Assembly: GCF_006345805.1 (NCBI RefSeq)
Contig: NC_042998.1
Coordinates: 131,068,001 to 131,132,000 of the forward strand
Direction: 5' to 3'
DNA: 64,000 nt
From: Octopus sinensis
Lineage: Eukaryota
Part shown: piece by piece, positions 1-12,654 of the stretch
Numbering within the stretch: the first letter of the stretch is position 1
Layout: each line of letters begins with the position of its first letter
The notes under the pieces: model-generated
Seen by the model: only the letters and a program-made list of their open reading frames with translations
Databases searched by the model: none
Told to the model about the DNA's origin: nothing
Program-made: the position numbers and the translations under genes

Positions 1-199
1 CCCCCTCTCTCTCTTTCACTGTCTTTTTCTCTCGGTATGCAAAAATACATAAAATATACATATATAAATAGACACACGTATAATCTATGTGTGTGTTTAT
101 GTGTGTGTGTGTGTGTGTGCGTGTGTGTTATGCGAACTTTACAAGTGCAAATGTATATGGAAATCAACAAAAGCAACTGACAGAGCAAAATATAGTAGA

Positions 200-460
<261 letters not shown>

Positions 461-766
461 TAAGAGAGTTCCGAAAGAGACATATTGCATGGGAGCAGAT
501 GATTATATGGAGTAGAGTTGAGAAAAATTTCTCAGGTTCAAAAACTATTCAGAGTAGGTGCAGCATTTCCCCCAACTAATATTTTTATAGTACTAGCAAT
601 CTATTCTCTTCAGTTATGTTTCCATACTTGTAGGTCATCGGTTTAGCTTGTTCTGTTGCAATGGTCCCTCTCGTTGCGTAGTCCTCGTCCGGAAACTTAG
701 CACTATACTCTACAAGTGAAGTAACACGTCAGTGCTGGTTTACTTCAGCAATTCAAAGCATAAGGA

Positions 767-840
767 TGTATGTATGTATGTATGTATGTATGTATGTATG
801 TATGTATGTATGTATGTATGTATGTATGTGTGTACATATA
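767..840. repeat. (TATG)n tetranucleotide microsatellite
   Basis: About 15 near-perfect TATG units. Confidence 0.95.
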
Positions 841-842
841 TA

Positions 843-1068
843 CAGGGTTTGCTAAGAGTCGCCTGACAGTAAATCAGAATTCCATAAATATTAATTCTGT
901 ATTGACTCGAATCGAAAAATGTATCGCTCAAGAAGGGCTTCAGCTTGAACAATTTTCATGATGTTTCATATTTAGATGCTTTTATTAAATCCATTCAGTT
1001 GTTAAACGTAAATAAGTCTTGGAATTGAATGGTTTTGGTTTACAGTCAGGTGACTGTTGACCAACCCT
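843..1068 (+). mobile_element. Tc1/mariner-derived MITE (~225 bp) keeping the last codons of the transposase
   Basis: Imperfect TIRs cagggtttgctaagagtcgcctgacagtaaa / tttacagtcaggtgactgttgaccaaccct with TA on both sides; internal VLTRIEKCIAQEGLQLEQFS* resembles the Tc1/mariner C-terminal RxxxCIxxxGxxFE tail. Confidence 0.75.
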
Positions 1069-1269
1069 TAATGTACATATGTATGTATTTGTGTATTTAG
1101 GTGTGTGTGTATATATATATACACACACACGCATATACATATACATAAGTGTACACACATATATATACATAGACAAACACACACACCCACATACAAACAT
1201 ATATGCATGCACACATAAGTACATATATACACACCCGCACACGCACACACACACACACACACACACACG

Positions 1270-1314
<45 letters not shown>

Positions 1315-1789
1315 TATATACATATATGTATAAATATTTATCTTACTTCCAAGGAGAACGCTTATCGAATTTTCTGTGTCATTCGTCTCCTTGGTAAAAA
1401 AGAGAAAGAGTAGAGGCTAGACAAAGAAGTTTTCTATTAAATCGTATACCAGAACCATTACAAGACACTTATCAAATTTGGACCATCAATAGTATAGACA
1501 TAATAGAATAACATATGATAGTGCTTAAATCGAGTGAAGTGTCTCAAGTTTCACCTTATTTGTACTGTATTTCACAGAAGTGAGCAACAAATATTACCAA
1601 AGACGTAGAAATCTGAACGCTGCCCCCTCAGATAAATTCTCATGAACTTTAAGTTTGTTTAGGATTAACTTATCGCTTTCGTTAAATATGGCAGAGTGAA
1701 AGATAATATAATAATATAATACATATGTGTGTGTATGTGTTTGCGTGTGTGTGTGTGGATCTAATGAAATCCAGACACATTACCATATA

Positions 1790-1881
1790 CATATGTATGT
1801 ATACAATATATAATATATATTATATATATATATATATATATATTTATACATGCATACACACATACACCACACATACATACA

Positions 1882-1941
<60 letters not shown>

Positions 1942-1972
1942 CATATATATATACATACATATATATATATAT

Positions 1973-2068
<96 letters not shown>
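1790..2068. repeat. (TA)n-dominated microsatellite
   Basis: Directly visible. Confidence 0.95.
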
Positions 2069-2069
<1 letters not shown>

Positions 2070-2499
2070 AAATTGGGGCACAACAAAGTACCATTATTAC
2101 TGGAAATAGCAGGCGATAATCCTTCGACACAAGGCAAAGCTTCACTGAATGTTTAGAGGCAAACATATAAGCGGGAGGCGAATTTAGAAAAGAAGAATGA
2201 ATTTAAAATATCCCCTACATTGTATTGTAATAATATTTATATTTTCATATAAAACGTTTTCACTGATCTCGGTTCTGTTTATGGCTGGGACAATTGGCTG
2301 AGAATACATCCCTTGATGTAGCGGATAGTTTAAATATAGTCTCTTTGGTGCACCTAGCTGACGAGGTCCGATCAGTTTTACGATGACAAACGTATTGTGA
2401 ACAGTCCGAAACTCGCCTAATAGGTTGTCCATTTCTCTCACGTTCTTTCTGGAGGTAAGACGAATTTTTTTTTATATTCGCCGTCCGCACACATCTTTG

Positions 2500-2960
2500 C
2501 CTCTATACATTCAGGGAAGGCTGACCTTTGCAAAGACCTGATGATTGGTCTCCATGTTTCTGCAGTTGAGACAGTGCTGTTGTACATGTCTAAGACTTGG
2601 TCACTGGCCAAGAAACTCAGTCAGGTGGGGTGCTACACGAGAATGCTGAGGATGGCTCTGAACATGAATCAACATACACTGAGGATGAAGAGCCCACAGC
2701 TATATGAGAGCCTCCCAATAGTTAGCTCGCAAACAATACAGACGAGATTAAGATGAGCTGGACGTGCTCACCGTCATTTAGAGTTGATACTGTACTCAGT
2801 GCTCCCGTGGGAGCTCCTACATAAACACACTAGAAGAGGGTGAACGAGGATGACATATGCTGATACTCTAAGGACAAACACTGGTCTCTGGAAGCCATAG
2901 GACATGGCAGCGATGATGAAGGACAAAGACCGCTGGAGAGAACTCGTCCATGGATCTCGG
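2500..2960 (+). mobile_element. RTE-clade LINE, decayed 3' part of RT ORF
   Basis: AVETVLLYMSKTWSL...GCYTRMLRMAL...QLYESLP...QTRLR*AGRAHR matches the RTE post-RT consensus (ESVLLYGSETW...FYxRCLRxIL...RRLRWAGH). Confidence 0.8.
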
Positions 2961-3066
2961 AAATTTTACCCGCCCTAGATAGATATTTATACATAAGTAC
3001 ACACGCACGTACACATACACACTCACACGCACGCACGCACGCACGCACACACACACATACACACAT

Positions 3067-3105
<39 letters not shown>

Positions 3106-3237
3106 CGTATACACGCCAAGAGTAGCATAGCATTTTATCGTATCTCCACGAATGATTAGCCCTAACTATATGACAAATTGTCTACAGGCGAAATTGCACA
3201 GGAATGACTCGAAATATATATATATATATATATACAC

Positions 3238-3376
3238 GTATGTATGTATGTATGTATGTATGTATGTATGTATGTATGTATGTATGTATGTGTGTATGTA
3301 TGTATGTATGTATGTATGTATGTACGTATGTATGTATGTATGTATGTATGTATGTATGTATGTATGTATGTATGTA
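3238..3376. repeat. (TATG)n microsatellite
   Basis: Directly visible. Confidence 0.95.
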
Positions 3377-4064
3377 TACACGAGAATGCTGAGGATGAAG
3401 AACTCAGAGCTATACGAGAGCTTCCCAATATATGTATATATATATAGATATATATATATATATAGACTCAAACACACACAGACACAAACATACACACACG
3501 CACACACACGAACGCACACACACACACACACACATAATACTTTGAAAACACTTGTGTTCTTTTATTTATAGCTTGCCAGTGGCTTTCACATCTCCGATAC
3601 GTTCATCACATGAATGCTGAATATTCCGTTGCCAAATGACAATTCATATAGAAAGATTCAGACAAATCATTTTCGTTTATTTCCACAACATAAGCCAGTG
3701 CAAATGTTTTCTCCAGTAGATATCACGCATTGTATGCATACAACACTTGTTTCACATTAAAAAAACGGGTACTATCACATCCCTTTGATTAAACATATAT
3801 ATATCGATTATCCCGACCTTAGCAGCCACCAAAATACACACAAAACCTCTGTCTACAATGTTAAACATAATTGATATATAAATGCATACATCTCTATATT
3901 TAAAAGTAATAGATACGTCTGGAATACAAATGAAATACTTTTTATTTTATGCAAAATTATTGTAAATTATTGGAATCTATGTTGGTAATTATTAATGTAA
4001 GAGTAACTAAAATATCTATACATACAGATGCAGAGCAAATTGTGACAGAAATTATGGAAATTAA

Positions 4065-4970
4065 GAATTTTTGCAATATTTCATATACGCAAAATCTCTC
4101 ACAACATACTTGAAGCTGAGGCCTGCTATTCTCTTTGAAAAGTTTTGAGAAAATTTTGATCGACTGGTATAAATGTTAGTGAGCCTAATTTCCTTGCTGT
4201 TATTAATTCCAAAACAAGCTTCATACATTTCTTACAAATTGACTAATTAATTTTGAATAAATTAACTAGAATACTGCGAGCAATCTATTTCTATATCAGA
4301 GGAACTCATTGTTACATATATTTTGATGTTATATAAAATTCGTGACCTACGAGTCGCATTATATCTCGGGGGTTATGCTTTTGTAATCCAAAAGCAAGAA
4401 CTAGCTATGAATATCTCATGAACAAACCAGACACTAAAGCCATTAAACCTCCAGTATCAAGCATTAGTATCGACAATGCCATTCGTCTGTGGAGGACAAT
4501 AGATATTTAATAAACATCAACAAAAATTGCTCCCTCCTCTTGCGATAAATGCTGCTAAAAGAGTAGAAATTACCACCGGTATGAGAAACGGCGTTCGCTT
4601 AAATAATGATAGTATCTCTGTTACAAAAAAAACATAGATATCAACGCAAGGAGTATTGGCGAAAGAGTTCCATAAAAATTCTACCATGTGCAAACATAAA
4701 AGGCCTGCTATAGTTGGTTAGAATAGAGAAGAAAGTCTATGTACAGAAGTTAGCGGCCCTGCATATGTGGTCACCTGTTATAGCAGTCTGAGAAAGAAAA
4801 TATTTACAAAAAGCTGCTTCGAAGCCGGCAGCCCCTCTACTTTGATTAGAAATTCATATTGTATTAATCATAATGTTCGTAAATATTTACGTGACAATTT
4901 GGAGAAGCTACGATTATCTAGCAAATGGAGTGACTTCCTAACAAGAATTCTAACTTCAATCTGTAAGTAG
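4065..4970 (+). pseudogene. Decayed reading frame of unknown origin
   Basis: One frame (codons starting at positions divisible by 3) runs 4266-4970, 235 codons, with only 4 internal stops in AT-rich DNA; protein-like translation; no family recognised. Confidence 0.5.
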
Positions 4971-7789
4971 AACTGTTCAAATGTGCAAAATTTTCCTAAA
5001 GTACAGTATATAATCCACATCGCAACAGCTTTGTTTCTTTGTTAGGAAATCTCATGGTAGGAAGATTCTAATAATTGATAAAAATACAAATATATATAGA
5101 AATGTTTCTGTATATGAATGTTCTGCGAAAGTAAGAAATATTCCAAAATTAGAATCCAGCTGTTCTGCTGCCACATGAGTACAGTAAAACAATACACGAA
5201 CGATAGGTGATTAATACACACGCACACACGCTCGCAGACACACACGCGCGCACACACGTATGTATGTGTGTGAGTGAAAGAAAGAAAATGAGAGACAAGG
5301 AGAATATATACCAAGAAGCATATGATAAATGAGCAATAACAATAATAGATGCAACATTAACAATAGCAACTACGTCGACCGCAATAAATACAAAAACAGC
5401 AATAATGTTATTAACAACAACATTAGTAATAAATTTGCTTTGTTGTCCTTGATTACCTGGCATATTTGGTTTTGCATAAAGATGGAAGATCTATGGAACA
5501 ATAGAAGACGACGACAACGACAACGACGATGATAATGATGTTGGTTGTGAGGAGGGAGAGTAAGAAGAATAGGATTACCATGTTAATGATAAGACGTGGA
5601 GATAGAGGTGGCACTAGGGGAAATTAGAAATAAAGGAAGTAGTTTATGTGATACGGACAACGGTGAAGATATTGATGTGGAGTAAAAAGAACGCGAAGAG
5701 TTGGAAGAGAAAAAGAGGAGAAAGGGGTGGGAAATGATATCGATGTTTGTTGGGTGGTGGTTGCTTCGACGACGAGGAAATAAATAAGTTAACGGATAAT
5801 ACCTAATAATGGTGAAGATGTTCTTGGAGTATTGTAGGTGAAAGCGAGAAGAGAGGAGCGGGTACAGTAGGTGACTATTGAGGTTAAAATGAGAGCAAAG
5901 AGTAAAAGGGTAGAAGAGAAAAAATAACGAGTGAGATAGAAAGAGGACAAGAGAAAATGAATGAGAAAGGAAGAGGGAAAGAAAAGATTGAGAGACAAGG
6001 AGAAAAGTGAAAGTGAAAGGAGAAATGAGAAAGGAATATATTTAACAGAGTAAGAAAAGATGTGTAGGTGGGTATGTGAATCTAATCAGCTGGGTCGGCT
6101 TGACATTCCGGAAGTTGAAATTTGCTTAACTATGGGAGATATTGGATACGATTACGCTATGTACCCGCTCTCTTCTCCTTTCATCAACGCTATACTTTCC
6201 ATTTACCTCCTTCCTCTTCGCTGCCTTTAATGCTGCGTTTGCAACAACAAACTCTTAATCCTATTTCTATAACTACTACGGAATCAACTATGACCGCGAC
6301 AACGATTATTACTAGTAATCATAATAATAAAATTTTCTTCAACAATTTCGTGTGAATATTTTTTGATATAGACACAAATCATTGATTGGTACTTTATTTT
6401 ATCAACCTTAGAACAATAAAAACCTAAGCTGACCTAGGTAGTATTTGAACATTTGGTGTAAAGCACCCCAAAATACTGCAAAGCAATTTTCATGAGGTCC
6501 TAACGATTCTGCTAAACTCAATCACACACATAATTTCTAACATAAGCACAGTATCAGAAATTTGTCGGGAGGAGTCAATCAAATTATATGCCACCCAAAC
6601 TCCTTTTCTGAATGAGAAAGATGAAAGGCAAGATTGACTTCTGTGAGATTTAAACTCAGAAAGTAATAGACCGGAATAAATATATTCTATATGTTCAGCA
6701 TATACCTTCTACATATCAGTCGCACTCAATATGAATATTAGTAAATAGTTGTTTGTTTAATTTATCAAAAGGCAGCGGGTGAGGGAAACTAAAGGATACA
6801 CGGGTAAAGAATGTTGAAAATTTAGAGACTGTAGAGAAATATAGAGACTAGAGAAATATATTGAAAATTTGGTGTTTGGGGTCGTAACGGTGGAACACTG
6901 AGAGCGAATGAGAAAACCGACAAATATACGATTACTCTCGAGCTTGATGCGTCTGGTCTTTAATCACAGATTCAGAACAGACCGTTCAGCCTTAAGTAAG
7001 TCAATGTCACATATTTTCAGGCTGCTTAATGAAGAGCAACATATCTCTCTCTATTCTATCTTTCTCATGGATACTGTTGAATACGAAGAGGAAAATCTCT
7101 GTTATCCATTCCCTTAATCTCGTTGGTTGTTTCCTGAGAAAAGCCAGACAGTCAGGGTGGTGGGTGGTATAGGGACAAAGTAGTATACATATTAGTTACT
7201 TTCATTTAACCTCTCGGTGATAGCCTCATCAAAGTCCAATTCTGAGTGAGACTGCCAACTTTTTCACCATATCTTCCTAGATTTTATTTACCTTAGAACA
7301 TACCCTTGTTTCAGCGACAGAAACAGCCGTCTCGCATAAACTTGTCTCTCCATGTATCGAATTGCAAACGTACCAGCTCTTCCATGGTTAATGGAACAGT
7401 CACATTCTGATACTCCTTCAGAAGTGTACTGCGCTCCAGAATTTTCGATTAATTCGACATCACAGAGAGGGAGCGCTCTTACCCCTTAGATTCAGTGAGG
7501 AACATCTGAACACCACCATACTTCATAGTAGAGGGCTCAGCACCAAAACATACAGAAGAGGCGCGAGGTTTCGCCTCCCGTAAATGGAGCACGCTATGCA
7601 ATGCAGTTCCGTTTATTTTGACAACTGAACAAATGCCGCCACTTATTGTAGTGATCCATTATCTCAGATTGCAGTCCTGTCACACCTTAAATAGAGAAGA
7701 CAGACTATATAGTGCATCTAAGGCTAATGTAAATTGAGCAGAGACCCAACATAATCAGATCTACAAATTAATGCCTTCTAGGATGTGTT

Positions 7790-8330
7790 TCATGGGGTGG
7801 AGAATATTCTGAATATATCTCATTAGTATCCAACTGTACTGTCAATGAAAACTACCAGGCACTTGAAGAAAAACTCTGCATGTAATCTTAAGTGCATCTA
7901 AAGTCCCCAATTATGCTTCCCTTTTCCGGTTCATTTCTGAGTAGCATCACCGTACTTCGGCTCACACGATACAGAATGTTCCTAATTTAGTGCCTTCTGT
8001 ATTTTTCTGTTCTCTGTTCTTACAGCTTTCCCAACAAATTCCAATTCTTATTCTCTATTCTTACACTGGCCATCAAATTCCAACATTTTCTTCAGTTTGA
8101 GACCTGTTTCGGGGTAATTTGGAGTCACTGAGTTTTAAAATGACAATAGTGTTTTTCTATCACATCGAGTTTTCTTTTTCTATGGGCTGGCCCATATTGG
8201 TCCCAGTTGTAGTTCCATGTTTCAGAAATTTCTCGATGTGTTTTCCATAGAGTATCTGAAAGGTAAAAGTTCCAGTGCTAGTTGCATATTCGTTGAGTGA
8301 GATTGTGACGCTCTGTCAGCGTAGTATATA
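7790..8330 (-). mobile_element. Heavily decayed LINE apurinic-endonuclease remnant (RTE-like)
   Basis: Minus strand ataattggggacttt = IIGDF motif, preceded by a KAL..E..S.R-like segment; many stops. Confidence 0.35.
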
Positions 8331-9140
8331 TACCTGTGTAGAAGTGTGTTTCCTCATAACTGTGCGCTCGAACGCTCGATTGTCTTAATCTGCAATGCTA
8401 ATTTCTTATTATTATCAAAAAATGTATAACAGATATCATAGTCAAACATAGTTAAACATTTCTGTTGAATATTTATTTTATCTATATATTTAGACATGGA
8501 TTTAGACAAACCTAGATATATAAAAATGTTCTTTATTTTTTCTCTCTTTTCACTTTTATTTAATGAAATAACACGAGGCTTCACTAGCATGGCGTCATTG
8601 CGAAGGAAATATTCTTGTTATATATGTGGGTGTTTTATAGTACCAAGTCAAACAATGAGCATTAGTGACTTTGTGAAAAGATCTTGTTTGGCTTACTTTA
8701 AGATTAAAATTGGAGATCAGGATAAATGGAGGGCACCGCACAGTGGATGTAAACCCTGTGTCGAAAATCTATGCCAATGAGCAAAGGACACAAAGAACAT
8801 TTGACATTCCTATGGTTTGGCGGGAGCCAAAGAACGATAACTTTTGTCTCATTAAGATGTCTGGTCATAGCAAGAGACCGCGACAGAAAATAAGTTACCC
8901 GCATCTGAATTCGGCAATTCGTCCGGTGCTTCACTCAAATGAAATACCAGTAACCGTTTTCAGGGATCTACCTTCACTGCAAGATGAAAATTACATATAT
9001 ATATGTATATATATATATACACACATATATGTGTGTGTGTGTGTATACACAATATATAGTGGGAAAAAACAAAAGACGAAGCCGGGTGTGTAAATAAAAA
9101 AAACAGATGTAATAGTTTAACGCTCGGGAAGTGAGAAAGT

Positions 9141-9179
9141 CTTTTACGTTTCGATCCTACGCTCTTCGACAGAAAGGAA
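9141..9179 (-). ncRNA. Minimal type-I hammerhead-like motif, core variant CUGUCGA
   Basis: Minus: TTCCTTT CTGTCGA A GAGC GTAG GATC GAA ACGT A AAAG; palindromic stem III ACGT, GUA triplet, 4-bp stem I. Confidence 0.5.
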
Positions 9180-9493
9180 CACAGAAATAAACAGTGAGAG
9201 AAAATATGAAAAGGTTTAATGGTTAGCAATCTATCATGGCGAATGCCAGACAAAGGGGTGACACAGGAGAGCTAGGAAGAAGGAGAGATAATAAGTAGTG
9301 ATGATCCCAAAACGAAGGGGTGCGTGCGTGTGTATGTGAGAGCGTGTATGTGCCTGTGGAAGGGGACTAGTGACCTTGAGGTGTGTGTGTGTGTGGATGA
9401 TGTATATATATATAAATATATATCAATATATATCAATATATATTTACAATGCACCTGTCCTTTCACACAGAATTTCGTCTATATTTAAACCAT

Positions 9494-9581
9494 GACCCTG
9501 AAGTAAATCTATATATAAGGAAACTGTTATTATTTTATATATACCAGAAAAATATATATAAGCCGAAACAATTTGTTGGTC
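9494..9581 (+). ncRNA. Decayed type-I hammerhead-like motif
   Basis: GACC CTGAAGT...GCC GAA ACAATTTGT T GGTC; stem I GACC/GGTC, near-palindromic stem III; A9 and stem II damaged. Confidence 0.35.
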
Positions 9582-9825
9582 TTGTATGGTTTTAATCATT
9601 TTTTATGTTATATAATATTATGTTATGTTACATTATATTCATAATTTATTATGTAACATTATAATATACATAAATTATTGGAATATCAATAGTATCTCTC
9701 TTTTCGATTTATTTTTTTATTGCATTGTACCAATAATTATATGGTATTCAACTGACGTACCAGTGAATTGGATGCTTAAAACACACCCCTTTAAAAGATT
9801 TCTTTCCCACAGTTTGTTACTTTAT

Positions 9826-9873
<48 letters not shown>

Positions 9874-11184
9874 ATAAATTATGAACATGGTAGTGATACA
9901 GACTGTGTAGAAACATTAACTAATGAACGTGAAAACTTTAACCAAGGCAGAACTTAAGGAATTAGTTAGAGACCTAGTACTGCCAAAAGAGTTATCAGAA
10001 CTGTTAGCTTCTAGGCTGAAAGAGAAAAATTTGTTGCAGAAAGAAACAAACGTGGCTTTTTATTGGAACAGGGAAAAATATCTTTTGGCATTCTTCACAA
10101 TTGGAAAAAATTTGTTTACTATTGTAAGGTAACGGGATTGTTAAAAGGATGGTTGCTGAACAGTATGGTCCTAGCGAATGGTATCTTCTTGTAGGTAATT
10201 CAAAAATGAGTCAAAATGCGTAGTACTTCATGATGACAACTTGTTCGGATCGCTTCCTATTGGTCACTCTGTGCACTTAAAAGACAATTATAATCGCATA
10301 AAAGTTATATAAGATTTACTCAAGTATGATGAACACAAATAGTTCATATACGTGGATCTAAAAATGGTCAACGTTTTATTTGGTCAACAAGGAAGGTATA
10401 CAAAATATCCTTGTATCTTGCGTTTGTGCGATAGCCGAGTGAAAGACAAACATTGGGAACAGAAACTCTGGCCAATTAGGAAATGTTTGGCTGTTGGGGA
10501 GAAGAATAGCATACACCGAGTATTTGTTGAGTAAAAGAAAATCATCTTCCCACCCCTTCATATTAAACTAGGACTAATGAAGCAATTTGTCAAAGCTCTT
10601 AATGGGGAGGGTAACTGTCTCCAATTCAGACGTGCAACATTTCCTGGCCTAAGCTATGATAAAATAACGGCTGGTGTTTTTGATAGGCTACAAATCATAA
10701 AGTTAATGAAATGCTAGAATTTCTCGAGCTCGATGGCTGACAAAATAAAGGGCATGGGATTCATTTGTGGCTGATGTGAAAGGATTTGGGGGGGGTGATA
10801 AGGCTGCAAGCTACAAGGATTTAGTGGAGACATTACTTGAAAACTTGCATCCTTTAGGTAGCAACATGAGCGCAAAGTTTCATTTCCTCCACAGCCACCT
10901 CGATGAATTTCCGGCTAATCTCAGAGATATGAGCAATAAACATGGTGAGCTTTTGCATCAAGCAATCAAAATTATGGAGGCGAGGTATCAAGGCTGAGAG
11001 AACACAGATACTACGGGCGTATTCAAACAGACTGTGTACACAAAAAACACTCCAGATGCTCACACAGGCGGAAGTCTCTTCTGTGAATATGAAGGTATGT
11101 GTATAATGGTTACAGATTTATCCATCATATTAGAGAATTAACAATATATTGTTCTATATTTTAGAGATGAGGAATTCTGTACAT

Positions 11185-11527
11185 TAAATGCAAAGATCCT
11201 ATGGGATTTTATGATTCAGTGCGACCATGAGTTAGTGAATAGGAAGACGGACATAGTCTTAATTGAGAAAGAAAATAGACTATGCTGGATCATAGACATA
11301 GTATGCCCAGCTGACAACAAGGTTATCAAATAGGGGCTGCAATAAGGATGCAGCACTTGCAGAAAACAGCACTGCTTGGAACCGCTCGTATACTCCGGAA
11401 GGTGCTCGAAAAATAAGAGGTGTTACCTTAGTTCACTGGTAGTGAACAACTGATGCTGTAGTACATCTTCAGCGTTAGAAGCTGTGCAAAGGCAATAATA
11501 ATAATAATAATAAATAATAATAATAAT

Positions 11528-11558
<31 letters not shown>

Positions 11559-11560
11559 CA
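11185..11560 (+). mobile_element. RLE-type non-LTR retrotransposon 3' end (Dong/R4/NeSL-like) with (AAT)n tail, inserted in the Chapaev3 copy
   Basis: NAKILWDFMIQCDHELVNRKTDIVLIEKENRLCWIIDIVCP (PD..D/ExK-type nuclease) ... LQKTALLGTARILRKVLEK*, then (AAT)n. Confidence 0.85.
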
Positions 11561-11819
11561 ACAACAACAACAGCAGCAAAAAAATATCTTGGGAATGAGA
11601 ACCTAGGGTTAGGTTCAAAAGTCTACCAGGACACCTGACGCAGGCTGGAGAGTAAATCAGCCGAAAGACAATGCAAAAATGTAAATAAAATTAACAGTAC
11701 GTATTTAGTAAAAGGTGATGCTTTCTTACATTTCATTTATCATTTCACATTCTATAGATATTATAACTTATAGTTTGAGCTATAAGACTTAGTAAACTAT
11801 CCTGACCAAGTAAATTATT

Positions 11820-11929
11820 TATAAAATACGGATATGTTAGAAAAATGGATGTCATATTTGAAATCAGCACCTCAAAATTAACTAAAAGCAACCCCAAACC
11901 GAAGTCAGCGAAAAGTGTGTTGACCAGTA
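11820..11929 (+). mobile_element. Probable 3' terminus (TIR region) of the Chapaev3-like element
   Basis: gaaaaatggatgtcatatttgaaatcagcacctcaaaatta...gttgaccagt resembles ends I associate with this family; matching left end not found. Confidence 0.45.
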
Positions 11930-12654
11930 TTATATACCAGGTTTCTTTTTTATAGACATCTACAACTTAATCCTACCCTTCAATTCTCAGTAATTCACCA
12001 GTCCAGTCCTTGGAATATCTGTGATACGATAGAAGCATTCAGTTTCCACTATTCGGAGCCTTATTCTAAAATTTTTATTCTAATATTTTATGACTTGCTT
12101 AAGTTGTCCATGCAAAATTTGGTGGGCTGTGTAGCCAGCTGTACTAAACTGAACAACACACAGCGTCTCCTCTCGGTTAACCTAATGAAAACAATGTTTA
12201 TGTATATATGTATATAGTCTTGATAACCACTCCGTGATTACGTCTAACGTACTACTCCTGTCACCCGCTATTACTAATGAGCGAGATGTTTATAATATCG
12301 TTTCTAGATGCCTGCAGAATTTCGGCCTTCTACCTTCTGTCCAGGTCATTATTCTGCAAAAACTGTCAACTCCACTCTTTTTCACCTCTTTCACTCCCAA
12401 TTTACCATCTGGCCCTTGAAAGATAGTACAAACGTCTCAGTTCTTGATATTTCCTAAACAGCATTGTCATGCTACTTGATACAGGCAACCCATAAGAAAA
12501 GTAGACCTTGTAGTGAGCCAGAAGACTGAACGAGTAACTTTCAGGAATTTTTATCTCATTGATCACTATCACACTTTAATGGCTTGAGATTGTTCAGTAG
12601 ACATCATTGCCCCAGAGTGCATGTATTTTATACATCTCTGTCTTAATTCCTATA

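Larger units (their letters stand above)
8589..11090 (+). mobile_element. CMC-superfamily (Chapaev3-like) DDE transposase pseudogene, interrupted by an insertion at ~8990-9880
   Basis: CYICG...GDQDKWRAPH..CKPC..PMVWREPK zinc-finger region; ELVRDLVLPKELSELLASRLKEKNLL; DLKMVNVLFGQQGRYTKYPC; PPLHIKLGLMKQFVKAL; KFHFLHSHLDEFP..HGELLHQAIKIMEARYQG; frameshifts and stops. Family label from recall. Confidence 0.8.

Noticed and set aside
628-709. Possible 82-nt minus-strand exon (EYSAKFPDEDYATRGTIATEQAKPMTY)
   Set aside because: AG/GT present but no recognisable protein and no compatible partner exons
2350-2430. CTGACGAG...CCGAAAC...GTC hammerhead-like string
   Set aside because: Core words present but stem I cannot form and stems II/III are poor
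4900-4960. YLRDNLEK...KWSDFLTRIL recalls the influenza PA C-terminus (ALRDNLEP...WFNSFL)
   Set aside because: Spacing between the two words differs greatly and nothing else aligns; likely coincidence until a profile search says otherwise
6900-7480. Weak LINE RT-like words on both strands
   Set aside because: Hints fall on opposite strands and are mutually inconsistent; not supportable by eye
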